Positions 1 to 8,977 are shown, counted from the first letter of the stretch. The stretch: 32,000 nucleotides of DNA from Acaryochloris marina S15 (GCF_018336915.1 NZ_CP064924.1:60001-92000); one strand, 5' to 3'. Notes: generated by a model from the sequence alone, not told the origin. Numbers and translations are program-made.

Positions 1-20
1 GAAGATTATTACATCTCCAT

Positions 21-48
21 CCTCCTTTTGGACTAGTCCGATCGGTTT
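21..48. promoter_or_regulatory. Copy A of a recurrent 28-bp palindromic motif (CCTCC-TTTT-GGACTAGTCC-GATC-GGTTT)
   Basis: A perfect GGACTAGTCC core lies at 30-39 in the intergenic DNA downstream of 97..726. The same architecture recurs at 1803, 5541, 7217 and 11146. Confidence 0.3.
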
Positions 49-96
49 ATTCTCTTAACTCATCACACTTATCACATCCGCCTGGCACATCTAAGA

Positions 97-726
97 CTAT
101 TGTGAGCAGTCACAAATGAAACTACTCAGAACATCTTTAGCTACAGCTAAGGGACCCGTTCCTTCTACTGCCTCTTCACCACTTCCAATGAGGCCATCAA
201 TGGTGTCAGCTACTTTGGCGAGTTTAAAGCCATCCACAACAAACTCTTGAGTCGGATATCGCTGTAAAAACTCCAAGAAAGATATGCGATTGTCATCACT
301 GAGAGAAAGGATGACAGCGGAGCGAAATGCTTGCAGATTAGCTTTTTTGCTAGGGGTCTGGAATATCTGTCCTGCCTGAAATAAGGCATATTCACCAGGG
401 AGGATATGAAGCAAACGATCTGCGGTCTGCAGCTTTACTTTTACCTCCTTAGTCATAAACTGACGGGCCGCTTCAGGATCTTGTCCTGACACATTCAAAA
501 AGAACTTGAGTTTAGAAGAGGCTTTACCTGTCTGGGCAAAGGTCTCTAATTCATCAATAGTTAGAGATTGACCAAACTGCTTGTAGGTAAACACCACTTT
601 CTCAGCAGCATTAGCAGGAGAACTGGACAAGAATAGACTAGTAGTTGAGGCCACCGTTACCGTGGCTAAAGACAACCCGACACCCCAACGACCAATCTTT
701 GGCAACCACTTGGGAAATATGGCCAT
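97..726 (-). CDS. Secreted DUF1400-like protein (stand-alone domain)
   Basis: The 209-aa ORF has an N-terminal hydrophobic signal-like segment ending in PANA-AEK. Its FTYKQFGQSLTIDELETFAQTGK region resembles the cyanobacterial DUF1400 family, recalled from memory. It is a paralog of 846..1655 and shares the C-terminal FICDC motif. Confidence 0.6.
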   Translation of the reverse strand: MAIFPKWLPKIGRWGVGLSLATVTVASTTSLFLSSSPANAAEKVVFTYKQFGQSLTIDELETFAQTGKASSKLKFFLNVSGQDPEAARQFMTKEVKVKLQTADRLLHILPGEYALFQAGQIFQTPSKKANLQAFRSAVILSLSDDNRISFLEFLQRYPTQEFVVDGFKLAKVADTIDGLIGSGEEAVEGTGPLAVAKDVLSSFICDCSQ

Positions 727-845
727 AGATCGACTCCAATATACTTTGAATAATCACGTCAGCATTAGACCAGGGCGATTGTGGATATTTAACCAGGGCA
801 GCCCAAAAAATGAACCACCCAACATTGAGACATCGCCCATAACTG

Positions 846-1655
846 CTATTGAACTTTGGCAGAAGTAGCCATGGGTTGAGTTGCTGGTGCAGAAGATGTT
901 TCTGGCGGCTTGATGGCAGATGCATCTTCTTTTAGCTGGGCTGTATCAGAGGAGGTTGGTTCAGCAGAGGCAGTAGTAGGAACTACTGCTTCATCGCAAT
1001 CCTCTAGTCCTTTCTGTGAATGATACTGATGACTAGAAACTGTTTGAGCTTTTGTCCCATTCGGAGACGCTTGAGTGGTATTGCAATCACAGATAAAGTC
1101 TGACAATACACCTTTAGCAACTTCTAAGGCTGGCAGAATTTTCACCACAAGTCCACTGACATCGTTGTAAGTGCTTTCTAGACTTGTTATGTCTAGACGA
1201 ATGGTGTTTTGGGGATGTTTGTCGATAATTTCCAAGAAAGAGATCCGATCATCCTCTATCGAATTAAGCACCGCTGTTTTTATAGAATTCAGACCTCGCT
1301 CAGTCCTGCCATCTGTGCTAGAAATAACCTGGTCGAGCTTAAATAGTAAGAATTCGCCATTAGAACCTTCAATGAAGTTCTTCATAAATTTTGGCACTGT
1401 CAGCTGATCCGATAGGATTGTGCGTACTACTTTTGGTAGCTCAGCATCTGTATTAAGCAGGGTTTGCAGTGAAGAGGGCAGTTCTCCAGTGTTAGTGAAG
1501 TTATCTAGCTCCTGTCGTGTCACATTGACTTCAGTATCTTGGTAGCGGACGAAAATACTCTCAGCCGCATGAGATTCAGTTCCAATAAGTGGAGCACCAA
1601 TTACAGTAGCACTCGCTAGTCCCAAAGGAAGTAAAGACTGAAGATGACGTTTCAT
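846..1655 (-). CDS. Secreted DUF1400-like protein, a paralog with a low-complexity C-terminal tail
   Basis: The 269-aa ORF has a signal peptide (MKRHLQSLLPLGLASATVIGAPLIGTESHA). It aligns by eye with 97..726 (RISFLE, VAKxVLSxFICDC) and carries a roughly 70-aa S/T/P/A-rich extension after the CDC motif. Confidence 0.6.
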   Translation of the reverse strand: MKRHLQSLLPLGLASATVIGAPLIGTESHAAESIFVRYQDTEVNVTRQELDNFTNTGELPSSLQTLLNTDAELPKVVRTILSDQLTVPKFMKNFIEGSNGEFLLFKLDQVISSTDGRTERGLNSIKTAVLNSIEDDRISFLEIIDKHPQNTIRLDITSLESTYNDVSGLVVKILPALEVAKGVLSDFICDCNTTQASPNGTKAQTVSSHQYHSQKGLEDCDEAVVPTTASAEPTSSDTAQLKEDASAIKPPETSSAPATQPMATSAKVQ

Positions 1656-1802
1656 ATAAAAACTCCTTACAATTTAATTCTGTAGTTCAATGGACAGAGG
1701 TGAGGATAGATTTCATTTCTTTAGATAGCGCCTACATTTGGCTTATTATCTACGATTGTTGTTCTTTTTTAGACAAATGAAATCAACTGTATGGACGTAT
1801 GT

Positions 1803-1830
1803 AAATGGTCTAAACTAGTCCATTCGGATG
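1803..1830. promoter_or_regulatory. Copy B of the 28-bp motif (right half perfect: AAACTAGTCC-ATTC-GGATG)
   Basis: It sits in the intergenic region about 160 nt upstream of the start of 846..1655. It is followed by a second CCATTCGGATGA half-site, giving a direct repeat at 1820-1831 and 1843-1854. Confidence 0.3.
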
Positions 1831-1857
1831 AGAGGGCATCCCCCATTCGGATGAATA

Positions 1858-3489
1858 TTAATTCTGACTACGGAAGGATTTAAGCCAATCTTGCACCAGT
1901 TCCCCTACAACAGGTTGGCTTCCAAAGCCAAAGGCGAGGGCAAAGGCAACGGCGATCGCACCCAAAAGTAAGCCAAAGGCTAGATTGACAATATTGGTGG
2001 CAATTCCCATTTGTTGCAAGGACATTGCTGAAATAAGCGCAAGAATGGAAATACGAGCGGTTTGCCCCAAAATTCTGGCTTGTCGATTACCCGAACTCGC
2101 CACCAAACGGTAGGATAAGTTAGCAAGATACACACCGACAATCAATACCGCTAGCCCACTGAGAACCCGCCCCATCAGCACAATCAAATCTTGAACGATA
2201 ACCGTTAAACTTTGCAGGGCTAGCAAGTCCGTGGCAGCAACAGCAGCAAATAACATGACGGCTACCCACACAATCACACCTGCGATGGCTGAAGGTTGAA
2301 CGGGAGGGAGTTGGGGGGCGGGTAAGGGCTGATCTGCCTGGTTTGGAGGGGAAGCCAGGGATTCTGATGATACGCCCACCCAATTTAAGAGGTCGTTAAA
2401 CCCTATTCCCATCAGGAATTGATTGACAAAATCTGAGATGAAGCGACCCAGAAAATAGGCAATCGCCATGATCAATCCTGCAGTGAGCACTTGTGGCAGG
2501 GTTGTCATCACCTGAGTCAAAGCTGAAATAGCGGGCGTTGAAATGGCCTCGATCTTAAGCGCTGTTAGAGCTGCAATGCCAATGGGAATCAGCACTAACA
2601 CATAGACGATGGTGCCGAGCAGTTGAGATAAAGATTGCTGTTGAGCCGTTTGGGGTAATCCTAAGCGCTGGCTAAGTTGGTCGGTACCGACTGCCACTAA
2701 GAGATTCGTGACGACACGACGAATCACTTGGGCGATTAGCCAACCTGCCCCCCCAATCAAAAGAGCTGCAAGGATATTGGGAAAGACCAGAAAGATTTCA
2801 TTGAGCAGCTTTTCAATCGGCTGGGTCATCCCTTCTAACTGAAGAGTGTCTAGGATGGCAGGCAGGAATAGCAGAAAACTGAACCAGTAGATCACATTTC
2901 CTATAGTGGTGCTGAGGGGATTAGATTGATGGGCGGTTTCTAATCCAGCTTGCTGCTGCAACCGATCATCAAATTTAAGAGCTTGCAATCCTCTACTCGT
3001 GATCAATTTGGCAAAGGTAGCAATCCCCCAGGCAACCAATAATAGGATAATGGCACCCCCCAATTTGGGTAAAAAGTTCAGGACTTGATCCAGTAAACGA
3101 TTCAGGGGTTGAGAGATCTGGTTGAGATTGAGAATCTGGAGAAACCCCACCAAGGTAGCAATCACAATAATTGCAAATACACCGTTGGCAATCCATCGCT
3201 CAATCGGAGGAGGTGGGGTGGAATCTTCGGGGGTGTTGACGTGCTTAGCCAATCTTTGACCGAGCTGCATCCGCGTTAAAACATTACGGGTAAGGACAGA
3301 TGCGATGGCCGCGACGAGAAATCCAACCACTAGGATGGAGAGCGCCGCTAGGATATTAGGGATAAAGTCCCCTAAACGCTGGCTCGTATCAGCGAAAAAA
3401 CGATCTAGGGCAGAGCCAGGTGATGGGGGCGTCGAAGTTTGAGCAATGAGGAATAACATGTTGGTCCTCGTTGAGATTTGATAATTCAT
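1858..3489 (-). CDS. Polytopic membrane protein built from repeated conserved-TM-helix modules (the type found at MscS N-termini)
   Basis: The 543-aa ORF contains at least five similar modules, for example FIPNILAALSILVVGFLVAAIAS, FLPKLGGAIILLLVAWGIATFAK, VFPNILAALLIGGAGWLIAQVIRR, TLPQVLTAGLIMAIAYFLGRFIS and LMGRVLSGLAVLIVGVYLANLS. I did not recognise an MscS beta-domain. Confidence 0.6.
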   Translation of the reverse strand: MNYQISTRTNMLFLIAQTSTPPSPGSALDRFFADTSQRLGDFIPNILAALSILVVGFLVAAIASVLTRNVLTRMQLGQRLAKHVNTPEDSTPPPPIERWIANGVFAIIVIATLVGFLQILNLNQISQPLNRLLDQVLNFLPKLGGAIILLLVAWGIATFAKLITSRGLQALKFDDRLQQQAGLETAHQSNPLSTTIGNVIYWFSFLLFLPAILDTLQLEGMTQPIEKLLNEIFLVFPNILAALLIGGAGWLIAQVIRRVVTNLLVAVGTDQLSQRLGLPQTAQQQSLSQLLGTIVYVLVLIPIGIAALTALKIEAISTPAISALTQVMTTLPQVLTAGLIMAIAYFLGRFISDFVNQFLMGIGFNDLLNWVGVSSESLASPPNQADQPLPAPQLPPVQPSAIAGVIVWVAVMLFAAVAATDLLALQSLTVIVQDLIVLMGRVLSGLAVLIVGVYLANLSYRLVASSGNRQARILGQTARISILALISAMSLQQMGIATNIVNLAFGLLLGAIAVAFALAFGFGSQPVVGELVQDWLKSFRSQN

Positions 3490-3588
3490 TTAGCCTCATT
3501 CAATCGCCAGCAAAATTCTTTCTTCCAGCGATTCCGTGGAGATTTTGGAAGGAGTCTAAATATGTTTTAAATATCTTTAATCTGAACA

Positions 3589-3628
3589 CTGCTCGTTGGG
3601 TATCCAGTGTTAGATACCCAACGAGCAG
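3589..3628 (-). terminator. Hairpin immediately downstream of 3637..4377
   Basis: A perfect 16-bp stem (ctgctcgttgggtatc / gatacccaacgagcag) encloses an 8-nt loop and starts 9 nt after the stop codon. The downstream tract is only moderately T-rich. Confidence 0.45.
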
Positions 3629-3636
3629 TTCATCGG

Positions 3637-4377
3637 CTAGTTAGTTGGTTTACTCTGTGGAGATGGCTGCGGTTGTGGACTAGGTTGGTTCTCCACAGTG
3701 GTTGGAGTAGAAGTGGGGGCTGGAGACGAAACTTTAGACTCAGCCTGATTCTCTGGACTACTGCTATCCGGTGTCACTTCAGAAGTACTAGGCTCAGGGG
3801 TCACATTGCCAGTCTCAATATCAATCACATCTTGCAATGCATTAGCCAAGGTAGTGATGGTCTGCTGGCGAGTGCTGGTGTTTGTGACTAAAGTCTCTAC
3901 TTTTTTATCCAACTCTTGCACGGCGCTTTGGTCTGCTTCTAATGCTTGGACTTTCTCTTGAAGGGATTTAAGTTCACTGATGAGTTGTTCAGAATTGTCA
4001 ACTCTACTGGCATTAATCTGAGGTTCTATATCGCTAGGCTGTGATCCTTCAGTCGGTATTGTGGGCGTAGCTTGTCCGAGCAGTTTCAAGGAATTCGGGG
4101 AACTCAAAAACCAGGTACCACCCCCCACGAGGGCAAGGATGGCAATGAGAAAGCCAAAGGTTAGGGAATTAACCCGCCGATCTAGACGTTTTTCCTTTTT
4201 CTGAAAAGACTCTGTTTCTGTTAAGAGAGATAATCTGAGATGAGCCACCTCCTGAGCCAAAATTTCCAAGTGGTTTTCCATCTCTGCTGGGGTCGAGGAT
4301 GGGGGTGCAACAAGTCCCTTTTCTTCAGGGGGAATGATTAGGGCTGTATTGTTGGCATTCACATGATCAGTTGTCAC
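3637..4377 (-). CDS. Single-TM coiled-coil protein with a P/S/T-rich C-terminal tail
   Basis: The 246-aa ORF has a GTG start 3 nt after the TAG of 4381..4725, with GAGAGG upstream. It has one TM segment (LTFGFLIAILALVGGGTWFL), heptad-like segments (LISELKSLQEKVQALEADQSAVQELDKKVETL) and a tail ending PSPQPQPSPQSKPTN. Confidence 0.6.
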   Translation of the reverse strand: MTTDHVNANNTALIIPPEEKGLVAPPSSTPAEMENHLEILAQEVAHLRLSLLTETESFQKKEKRLDRRVNSLTFGFLIAILALVGGGTWFLSSPNSLKLLGQATPTIPTEGSQPSDIEPQINASRVDNSEQLISELKSLQEKVQALEADQSAVQELDKKVETLVTNTSTRQQTITTLANALQDVIDIETGNVTPEPSTSEVTPDSSSPENQAESKVSSPAPTSTPTTVENQPSPQPQPSPQSKPTN

Positions 4378-4380
4378 GAT

Positions 4381-4725
4381 CTAAACCTCTCTGCTGTTGC
4401 TATAAATATTCGGTGAAATCCTTGCATCACTTGTCTTTTCAGGTATTTGCGGGAGCTGCTGCTTGAGGAGCTTTAGCTCCGTATAGGTCATGGATATAAA
4501 CCCAAAACCAAGGATGAACAGAACACCGCCTGCTAAGGAACTAAGGACGATTAAAAGGCGTGTTCGGCCTACCTTCCGGTCAATGTCATGAATATCCTGA
4601 CGAGTCTGTTCCAGAAATTTCAGGGCTTCTAGATCTGACCAGATGCTATATCGTTGAGGTTTTGATTGTGCAACCTCAACCATTTCAGGAGACTTACTCT
4701 TACCCGATTTAACGGCTAATTTCAT
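4381..4725 (-). CDS. Small single-TM protein (charged helix, then TM, then a short coil)
   Basis: The 114-aa ORF has one TM segment (LLIVLSSLAGGVLFILGFGFISM). It is tightly coupled to the downstream 3637..4377 and shares the helix-R-x-R-TM layout with 3637..4377 and 9121..9699. Confidence 0.5.
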   Translation of the reverse strand: MKLAVKSGKSKSPEMVEVAQSKPQRYSIWSDLEALKFLEQTRQDIHDIDRKVGRTRLLIVLSSLAGGVLFILGFGFISMTYTELKLLKQQLPQIPEKTSDARISPNIYSNSREV

Positions 4726-4740
4726 AGTTCAACCTCATGA

Positions 4741-4792
4741 ATAAGAAAACTTGCCTGGGGAAAGTGAGAGTAACCAGTTTTCTCCAGGCAAG
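4741..4792 (-). terminator. Rho-independent terminator of 4801..5409
   Basis: On the minus strand a 12-bp stem (cttgcctggaga / tccccaggcaag, one mismatch) is followed by TTTTCTTAT. Confidence 0.65.
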
Positions 4793-4800
4793 CACTGGTG

Positions 4801-5409
4801 TTAGAAGTTATATCCAGCTGCCACAGTTACCCCCAAATCCACATCATCGATGAAACCTGCATTAGCGGCAGTATTCAAGGTCCAACGTTCTGTGATGGGA
4901 ATATCTAAGCCTCCGGTTAAAAGAGGGCCAACATCTCCATCGGTACTTACGGCTAAGCCAGTACCAATATAAGGAGCAACTCTAATCTCTTGAGATCCCA
5001 GCTCACCCACCCGAAATCCCTTCAAATCATAGGTGACTGGGATTAGGAAGGTCGCATCATCTTCAAAATCTGTAACGACACCAGGGCGAACGGAGAAGGT
5101 TTTCGTTAGGCCCACCTTGCTGACAATGGAGAGGCTTGTGTCACCTAATGCAGTACCACCGAGGGCTCCTGCATTCACACCCGCTCCAATATAGCTAGGT
5201 CCACCTTGGGTATCTCGGCCAATCTGGAAGCTATCGGGCTGTACAATGTCTTTGACGGTATCACGAACCTGAGCAATCGTTGATTTTGCTTCAGATTTTA
5301 TTTCTTGAGCCTGGGCTGCTGGAGTCATTACTGAGAGACTGAGCAGAACGCCACAGGCAATCGTTCCAAAAGCGCTATGACGAATAATCCCTTTCATTGT
5401 TTTCCTCAA
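4801..5409 (-). CDS. Small outer-membrane beta-barrel protein
   Basis: The 202-aa ORF has a signal peptide ending AAQAQE. It has an alternating G/aromatic-rich beta-strand pattern and a C-terminal AAGYNF with terminal Phe, which is typical of OMPs. Confidence 0.65.
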   Translation of the reverse strand: MRKTMKGIIRHSAFGTIACGVLLSLSVMTPAAQAQEIKSEAKSTIAQVRDTVKDIVQPDSFQIGRDTQGGPSYIGAGVNAGALGGTALGDTSLSIVSKVGLTKTFSVRPGVVTDFEDDATFLIPVTYDLKGFRVGELGSQEIRVAPYIGTGLAVSTDGDVGPLLTGGLDIPITERWTLNTAANAGFIDDVDLGVTVAAGYNF

Positions 5410-5540
5410 CTAATTTGACTAGAGAATTAAAGGTGATAGACAACTTATTTTTGTATTGCTGTGTTGTCTATATCTACTATTGAACTGCTTTTTCACTGGT
5501 AAGCCATCAGTTAAATGGATATAGATTGATGGGCTTTCAT

Positions 5541-5568
5541 CATCCTTATGGACTCGTCCGAATGACTA
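5541..5568. promoter_or_regulatory. Copy C of the 28-bp motif (CATCC-TTAT-GGACTCGTCC-GAAT-GACTA)
   Basis: It sits in the intergenic region about 145 nt upstream of the start of 4801..5409. The left half is perfect and the core has one mismatch. Confidence 0.3.
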
Positions 5569-5588
5569 CTTAACGGGCTGATTTGTAG

Positions 5589-5616
5589 AAAAAAAACCTA
5601 GCAAGTCATTGCTAGG
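5589..5616 (-). terminator. Rho-independent terminator of 5679..7184
   Basis: On the minus strand the hairpin cctagcaa-tgac-ttgctagg is followed directly by eight T residues. Confidence 0.8.
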
Positions 5617-5678
5617 GCGGTTTGTACAGGGTGTGAGGGTAAAGCGATGTATTGGAAAACAGTTTAGATTTCGTCGGG

Positions 5679-7184
5679 TTAAAACCGTTCACCAATGGAA
5701 ATATGAACTTCAAAATCAGATTGATCATTTAGCGCAAATTCTAAACGAGTCACTAATGCTGATGTGCTGGCCCTTAAGCCGATGCCATATCCGAGACCAT
5801 CACCGGGTTTATTGCGGACCAAACCCGGTTGACCGATGACAGCACTTTGAGTACCAAGGGTGTTGGCATAATCGACAAATAAGGTTCCTGATAGATCAAT
5901 GGGACGTTTCAGAGCTACAAGAGAAGTAATCGGGAATCGATACTCCGCCGTTGCCTGGAGAAAGCTACCGCCAGACCCAACATCACCGAGGCCATAGCCT
6001 CGAACGGTACTTGCTCCACCTAAACTAAAGGATTCATAGGGAGGGACATCTCCAAATATATGACCACCTTGGACATTCAATACGAGGGTGCGGGGACCTT
6101 CACTAAACCCAAATAGAGGAAAAGGAATAAACTGAGTCGCGCTTCCGTGCAACCGGGTCATGTTAATGCTGGCATCTCCAACGGGGATAGATTGGTCTAC
6201 CCCCAATCGCAGCCGAGAGCCTTGAGTGGGATTGCTGAAGTTGTCCCGAGTGTCATATTGAGTCGCAACATTCAGTGTGAGAAGGTCATCCGTCCCTGAG
6301 CCACTCACACTCAGAGGATTACCCAACTCATCAATTGGCTGAGCTGTAGATGAGAAAAGTCCATCTCGGACAGAAATTCGTTGATAACTGACCCCAGCAG
6401 CTGCATCTATTTTGGGACTGAGGGGCCGTAAAATCTCGATTCCTCCTCCTGTCCTATGTACCCAAGGGGTCTCATTATTTGGGAGATCCACCTCACGGTT
6501 GCCGCCGTTGAAGTTTGAGGAAAAGGCCCGTTGATTGAATACATTAACGGCAAATCCTTTACGAGGAGAATCTGAGCCATAAATAAAACTGAGATCTCCT
6601 CCCAATATAGATTCACCACCTCTGAGTTCCAGCACCAACTTTTCCTGTTCACCCAACTGAAGCCGTGTTCCTGCCGTTAGGTTGAGATTACCCTGTAGGT
6701 TGGAAGAGGCTGGGACAATAGGCTTTCTCGTAGGTCCATTGAGAGCGGTTGGATTGGGAAGTTTAGATCCTAAATATGCTGAGAATGGTTTCTGTGTCTT
6801 TGGATTAGCATCGTTTGGTTGAACAGAGTCTGGATCGAGCTGGGCTAGATGATCATAGGGTTCAAAAGACAGAGTTACTGGCTCTTTCTCAGGAGATAGT
6901 AAATCTTTAGCTTGTGTTGAGTAAGGATGAGTTACCCCCTGTTCAATCTGAGGTGAGTCTTGCTGTATCTCTGTTTGGGCTATCTGTTGTTGAATGGATG
7001 ATGGAACCTGAGCCTCACTAGGAAGCGGTTCCAAGTCATTTGCCCAACTTCGAGTGGTTAACAAGGAGCCTGTCGTAGTCAACACTATAATGGCTGACCA
7101 TCCCCGTAACAGGTTATCCATTCTAAACACCTCATAATTTCCTTTCACCTGACTCATTAAAGAAGAGAAAGAGAAGGCCGACAT
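5679..7184 (-). CDS. Omp85/bacterial-surface-antigen-type outer-membrane barrel with a long low-complexity N-terminal region
   Basis: The C-terminal part of the 501-aa ORF (about 330 aa) has Omp85-like barrel features (VRGYG, GLGYGIGLR, terminal GERF). The N-terminal part (about 170 aa) is Q/P/S-rich. An internal Met (MDNLLRGWSAIIVLTTTGSLLTTRSWA, codon at 7121) gives a better signal peptide and may be the true start. Confidence 0.7.
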   Translation of the reverse strand: MSAFSFSSLMSQVKGNYEVFRMDNLLRGWSAIIVLTTTGSLLTTRSWANDLEPLPSEAQVPSSIQQQIAQTEIQQDSPQIEQGVTHPYSTQAKDLLSPEKEPVTLSFEPYDHLAQLDPDSVQPNDANPKTQKPFSAYLGSKLPNPTALNGPTRKPIVPASSNLQGNLNLTAGTRLQLGEQEKLVLELRGGESILGGDLSFIYGSDSPRKGFAVNVFNQRAFSSNFNGGNREVDLPNNETPWVHRTGGGIEILRPLSPKIDAAAGVSYQRISVRDGLFSSTAQPIDELGNPLSVSGSGTDDLLTLNVATQYDTRDNFSNPTQGSRLRLGVDQSIPVGDASINMTRLHGSATQFIPFPLFGFSEGPRTLVLNVQGGHIFGDVPPYESFSLGGASTVRGYGLGDVGSGGSFLQATAEYRFPITSLVALKRPIDLSGTLFVDYANTLGTQSAVIGQPGLVRNKPGDGLGYGIGLRASTSALVTRLEFALNDQSDFEVHISIGERF

Positions 7185-7216
7185 CGTCTAAATGGACTTT
7201 TTTATAGCATCCTCAT

Positions 7217-7244
7217 CATCCACTTGACTTAAGCCATAGGGATG
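7217..7244. promoter_or_regulatory. Copy E of the 28-bp motif (CATCC-ACTT-GACTTAAGCC-ATAG-GGATG)
   Basis: Both outer half-sites are perfect with exact N18 spacing, and the core is diverged but still palindromic (CTTAAG). It lies in the 122-nt gap between the mreB-like stop and the Omp85-like start. Confidence 0.3.
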
Positions 7245-7306
7245 ATCTTTTTTCTTACTGATCAGAAGGGGGCTCACCTACTAATCAATGTGGTCAGAAT
7301 TGACCA

Positions 7307-8338
7307 TCAATCAGCTGACGAAATAAATACTCTGTCCCATCTCTGTCGGTCTTCGAGAATCTTCCCAATCCCTAAAGCCACACAATCCAATGGCTTAGGG
7401 GCCACATGCACAAAAATTCCTGTTTCCTGGCTGATTAACCGATCAAGTCCTCTCAATAAAGCTCCACCGCCACATAGCATTATTCCATTGGTATAGATAT
7501 CTGAGACTAGTTCCGGTGACAGCTTTTCTAAAGTTTGCTGGACGGTATTAACAATCAATGCAAATTCCTTTTGCAGCATGTCACGCACTTGTGATCCCTC
7601 CAAGTTCAGCTGCTTTGGTAAGCCAGATTGTGAGCTACGGCCCCCCACTTCCATCTCTTCTATATCCCACTGTGGATGGATGAGGGCAGAACCCAATTTG
7701 TGTTTGATCGCTTGAGCTGTTTGCAGTCCAATTAATAGACCATAGTTGCGTTTAAGGGATTGGCGAATCGTATCATCCATATGAGTTCCCGCGACTCGGA
7801 TAGATTGACTATTCACGACACCAAATAAGCTGATAACCGCAACTTCAGTTGTACCCCCACCAATATCAACAATCATATTTCCAAGCGGTTTATCGATGGG
7901 CAGGTCTGCACCGATGGCTGCAGCGATCGCTTCATCAATAATTGAGATGTCTTTTGCACCAGCTTGTTCAGCTATATCTTGAAGAGCCCGTCGTTCAATA
8001 TTTGTGGCTCCGTTTGGAATCGCCAAGGTCAAACGAGGAGGAAAAAGTGGCTTGCGTCCTAATCCTTGATCTAAAACCTGTTGCAATAACTGAAAGGCAA
8101 CGTCTATGTCCGTAATGACGCCTTCGCGCAGTGGGTAGCTGACTATAACGTTAGCTGGCTGTCGCCCCTCTAAGAGTTGGGCTTGATGTCCGCAAGCTAA
8201 GATCGACTGGTTTTCTGAGTCCCTAGCAATAACAGTAGGTTGGCGGATGACAATACCTTTTCCCCTGACGTACACCAACGTATTAGCCGTTCCCAAATCT
8301 ATGCCAATATCGGGGGAGAAAACTCCTAATAATCCCAC
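7307..8338 (-). CDS. mreB: MreB-family actin-like protein (rod-shape-determining protein family)
   Basis: The 343-aa ORF carries GIDLGTANTLVY, DIGGGTTEVAVIS and MLCGGGALLRGLD and is collinear with E. coli MreB along its whole length. It has a GTG start 3 nt after the pentapeptide gene stop, with GGAG 11 nt upstream. Confidence 0.85.
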   Translation of the reverse strand: MGLLGVFSPDIGIDLGTANTLVYVRGKGIVIRQPTVIARDSENQSILACGHQAQLLEGRQPANVIVSYPLREGVITDIDVAFQLLQQVLDQGLGRKPLFPPRLTLAIPNGATNIERRALQDIAEQAGAKDISIIDEAIAAAIGADLPIDKPLGNMIVDIGGGTTEVAVISLFGVVNSQSIRVAGTHMDDTIRQSLKRNYGLLIGLQTAQAIKHKLGSALIHPQWDIEEMEVGGRSSQSGLPKQLNLEGSQVRDMLQKEFALIVNTVQQTLEKLSPELVSDIYTNGIMLCGGGALLRGLDRLISQETGIFVHVAPKPLDCVALGIGKILEDRQRWDRVFISSAD

Positions 8339-8341
8339 CCG

Positions 8342-8977
8342 TTATTTCTCCATGGGCATGAGATCTTTAAGTTCAGCCCCATCCAAAATTGCTAAATTTA
8401 GATCACTGCCCGCAATATCCGTATGGATCAGTTGTGCCTCACTCAAGTCTGTTCCTGTCAGCGTTACATCGACTAAATGGGTGTAGTGAAGTTTGGCTCT
8501 ATATAGAATGGCATTTGCTAAGTTTGCACCATTCAAGACCGCCTTTTGCAAATTCGCTTCTCTAAGATTTGCTCCCGTTAAGTCTGCCCGATCTAACGCG
8601 ACAGAAACCAAACTAGTCCTGATTAAGATGGCATTATGAAGCTGAGCCTCAATGAGATTCGCTTGGGTTAAGATGGCATCAGTCAAATTAGCCCCAGTGA
8701 GATGGGCATTATTAAGGTCAGCTTTCTCCATCTGAGCACCCGTTAGATTGGCCTCAGTCAGATTAGCCTCGCTCAGGTCCACTCCTCGTAAATCGGCCTG
8801 ACAAAATAGGGTTTTGATAAGTCGCTTGCCAGCAAAACTGACACCTCGTAAATCAGCGCCTCTAAAATCCACACCGCTCAAGTCCATATCCTGAGTATGG
8901 TCAAGGTGTCGAGGTTTTAAATCACAAGCCATTGCATCATCGTTATCTTTTGGATGCGATTGGTTCCGCGTACCCAT
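8342..8977 (-). CDS. Pentapeptide-repeat protein
   Basis: The 211-aa ORF is an uninterrupted run of A(D/N)LxG-type pentapeptides, for example ADLRGVDLSEANLTEANLTGAQMEKADLNNAHLTGANLTDA. Confidence 0.85.
   Translation of the reverse strand: MGTRNQSHPKDNDDAMACDLKPRHLDHTQDMDLSGVDFRGADLRGVSFAGKRLIKTLFCQADLRGVDLSEANLTEANLTGAQMEKADLNNAHLTGANLTDAILTQANLIEAQLHNAILIRTSLVSVALDRADLTGANLREANLQKAVLNGANLANAILYRAKLHYTHLVDVTLTGTDLSEAQLIHTDIAGSDLNLAILDGAELKDLMPMEK

Noticed and set aside
210-925. ORFs 210..395(-), 638..925(-) and 662..868(+), which overlap the DUF1400-like genes
   Set aside because: They lie in alternative frames or antisense to longer ORFs that have signal peptides and paralog support. Their compositions look like frame shadows.
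2120-3196. ORFs 2120..2383(-) and 2993..3196(-) inside the TM-helix-repeat gene
   Set aside because: They are out-of-frame shadows of a 543-aa ORF with clear repeated membrane modules. Their Cys/Arg-rich compositions are implausible.
3607-3891. Plus-strand ORF of 94 aa
   Set aside because: It starts inside the loop of the terminator hairpin and runs antisense to the coiled-coil gene. Its W/R-rich translation is typical of an antisense artefact.
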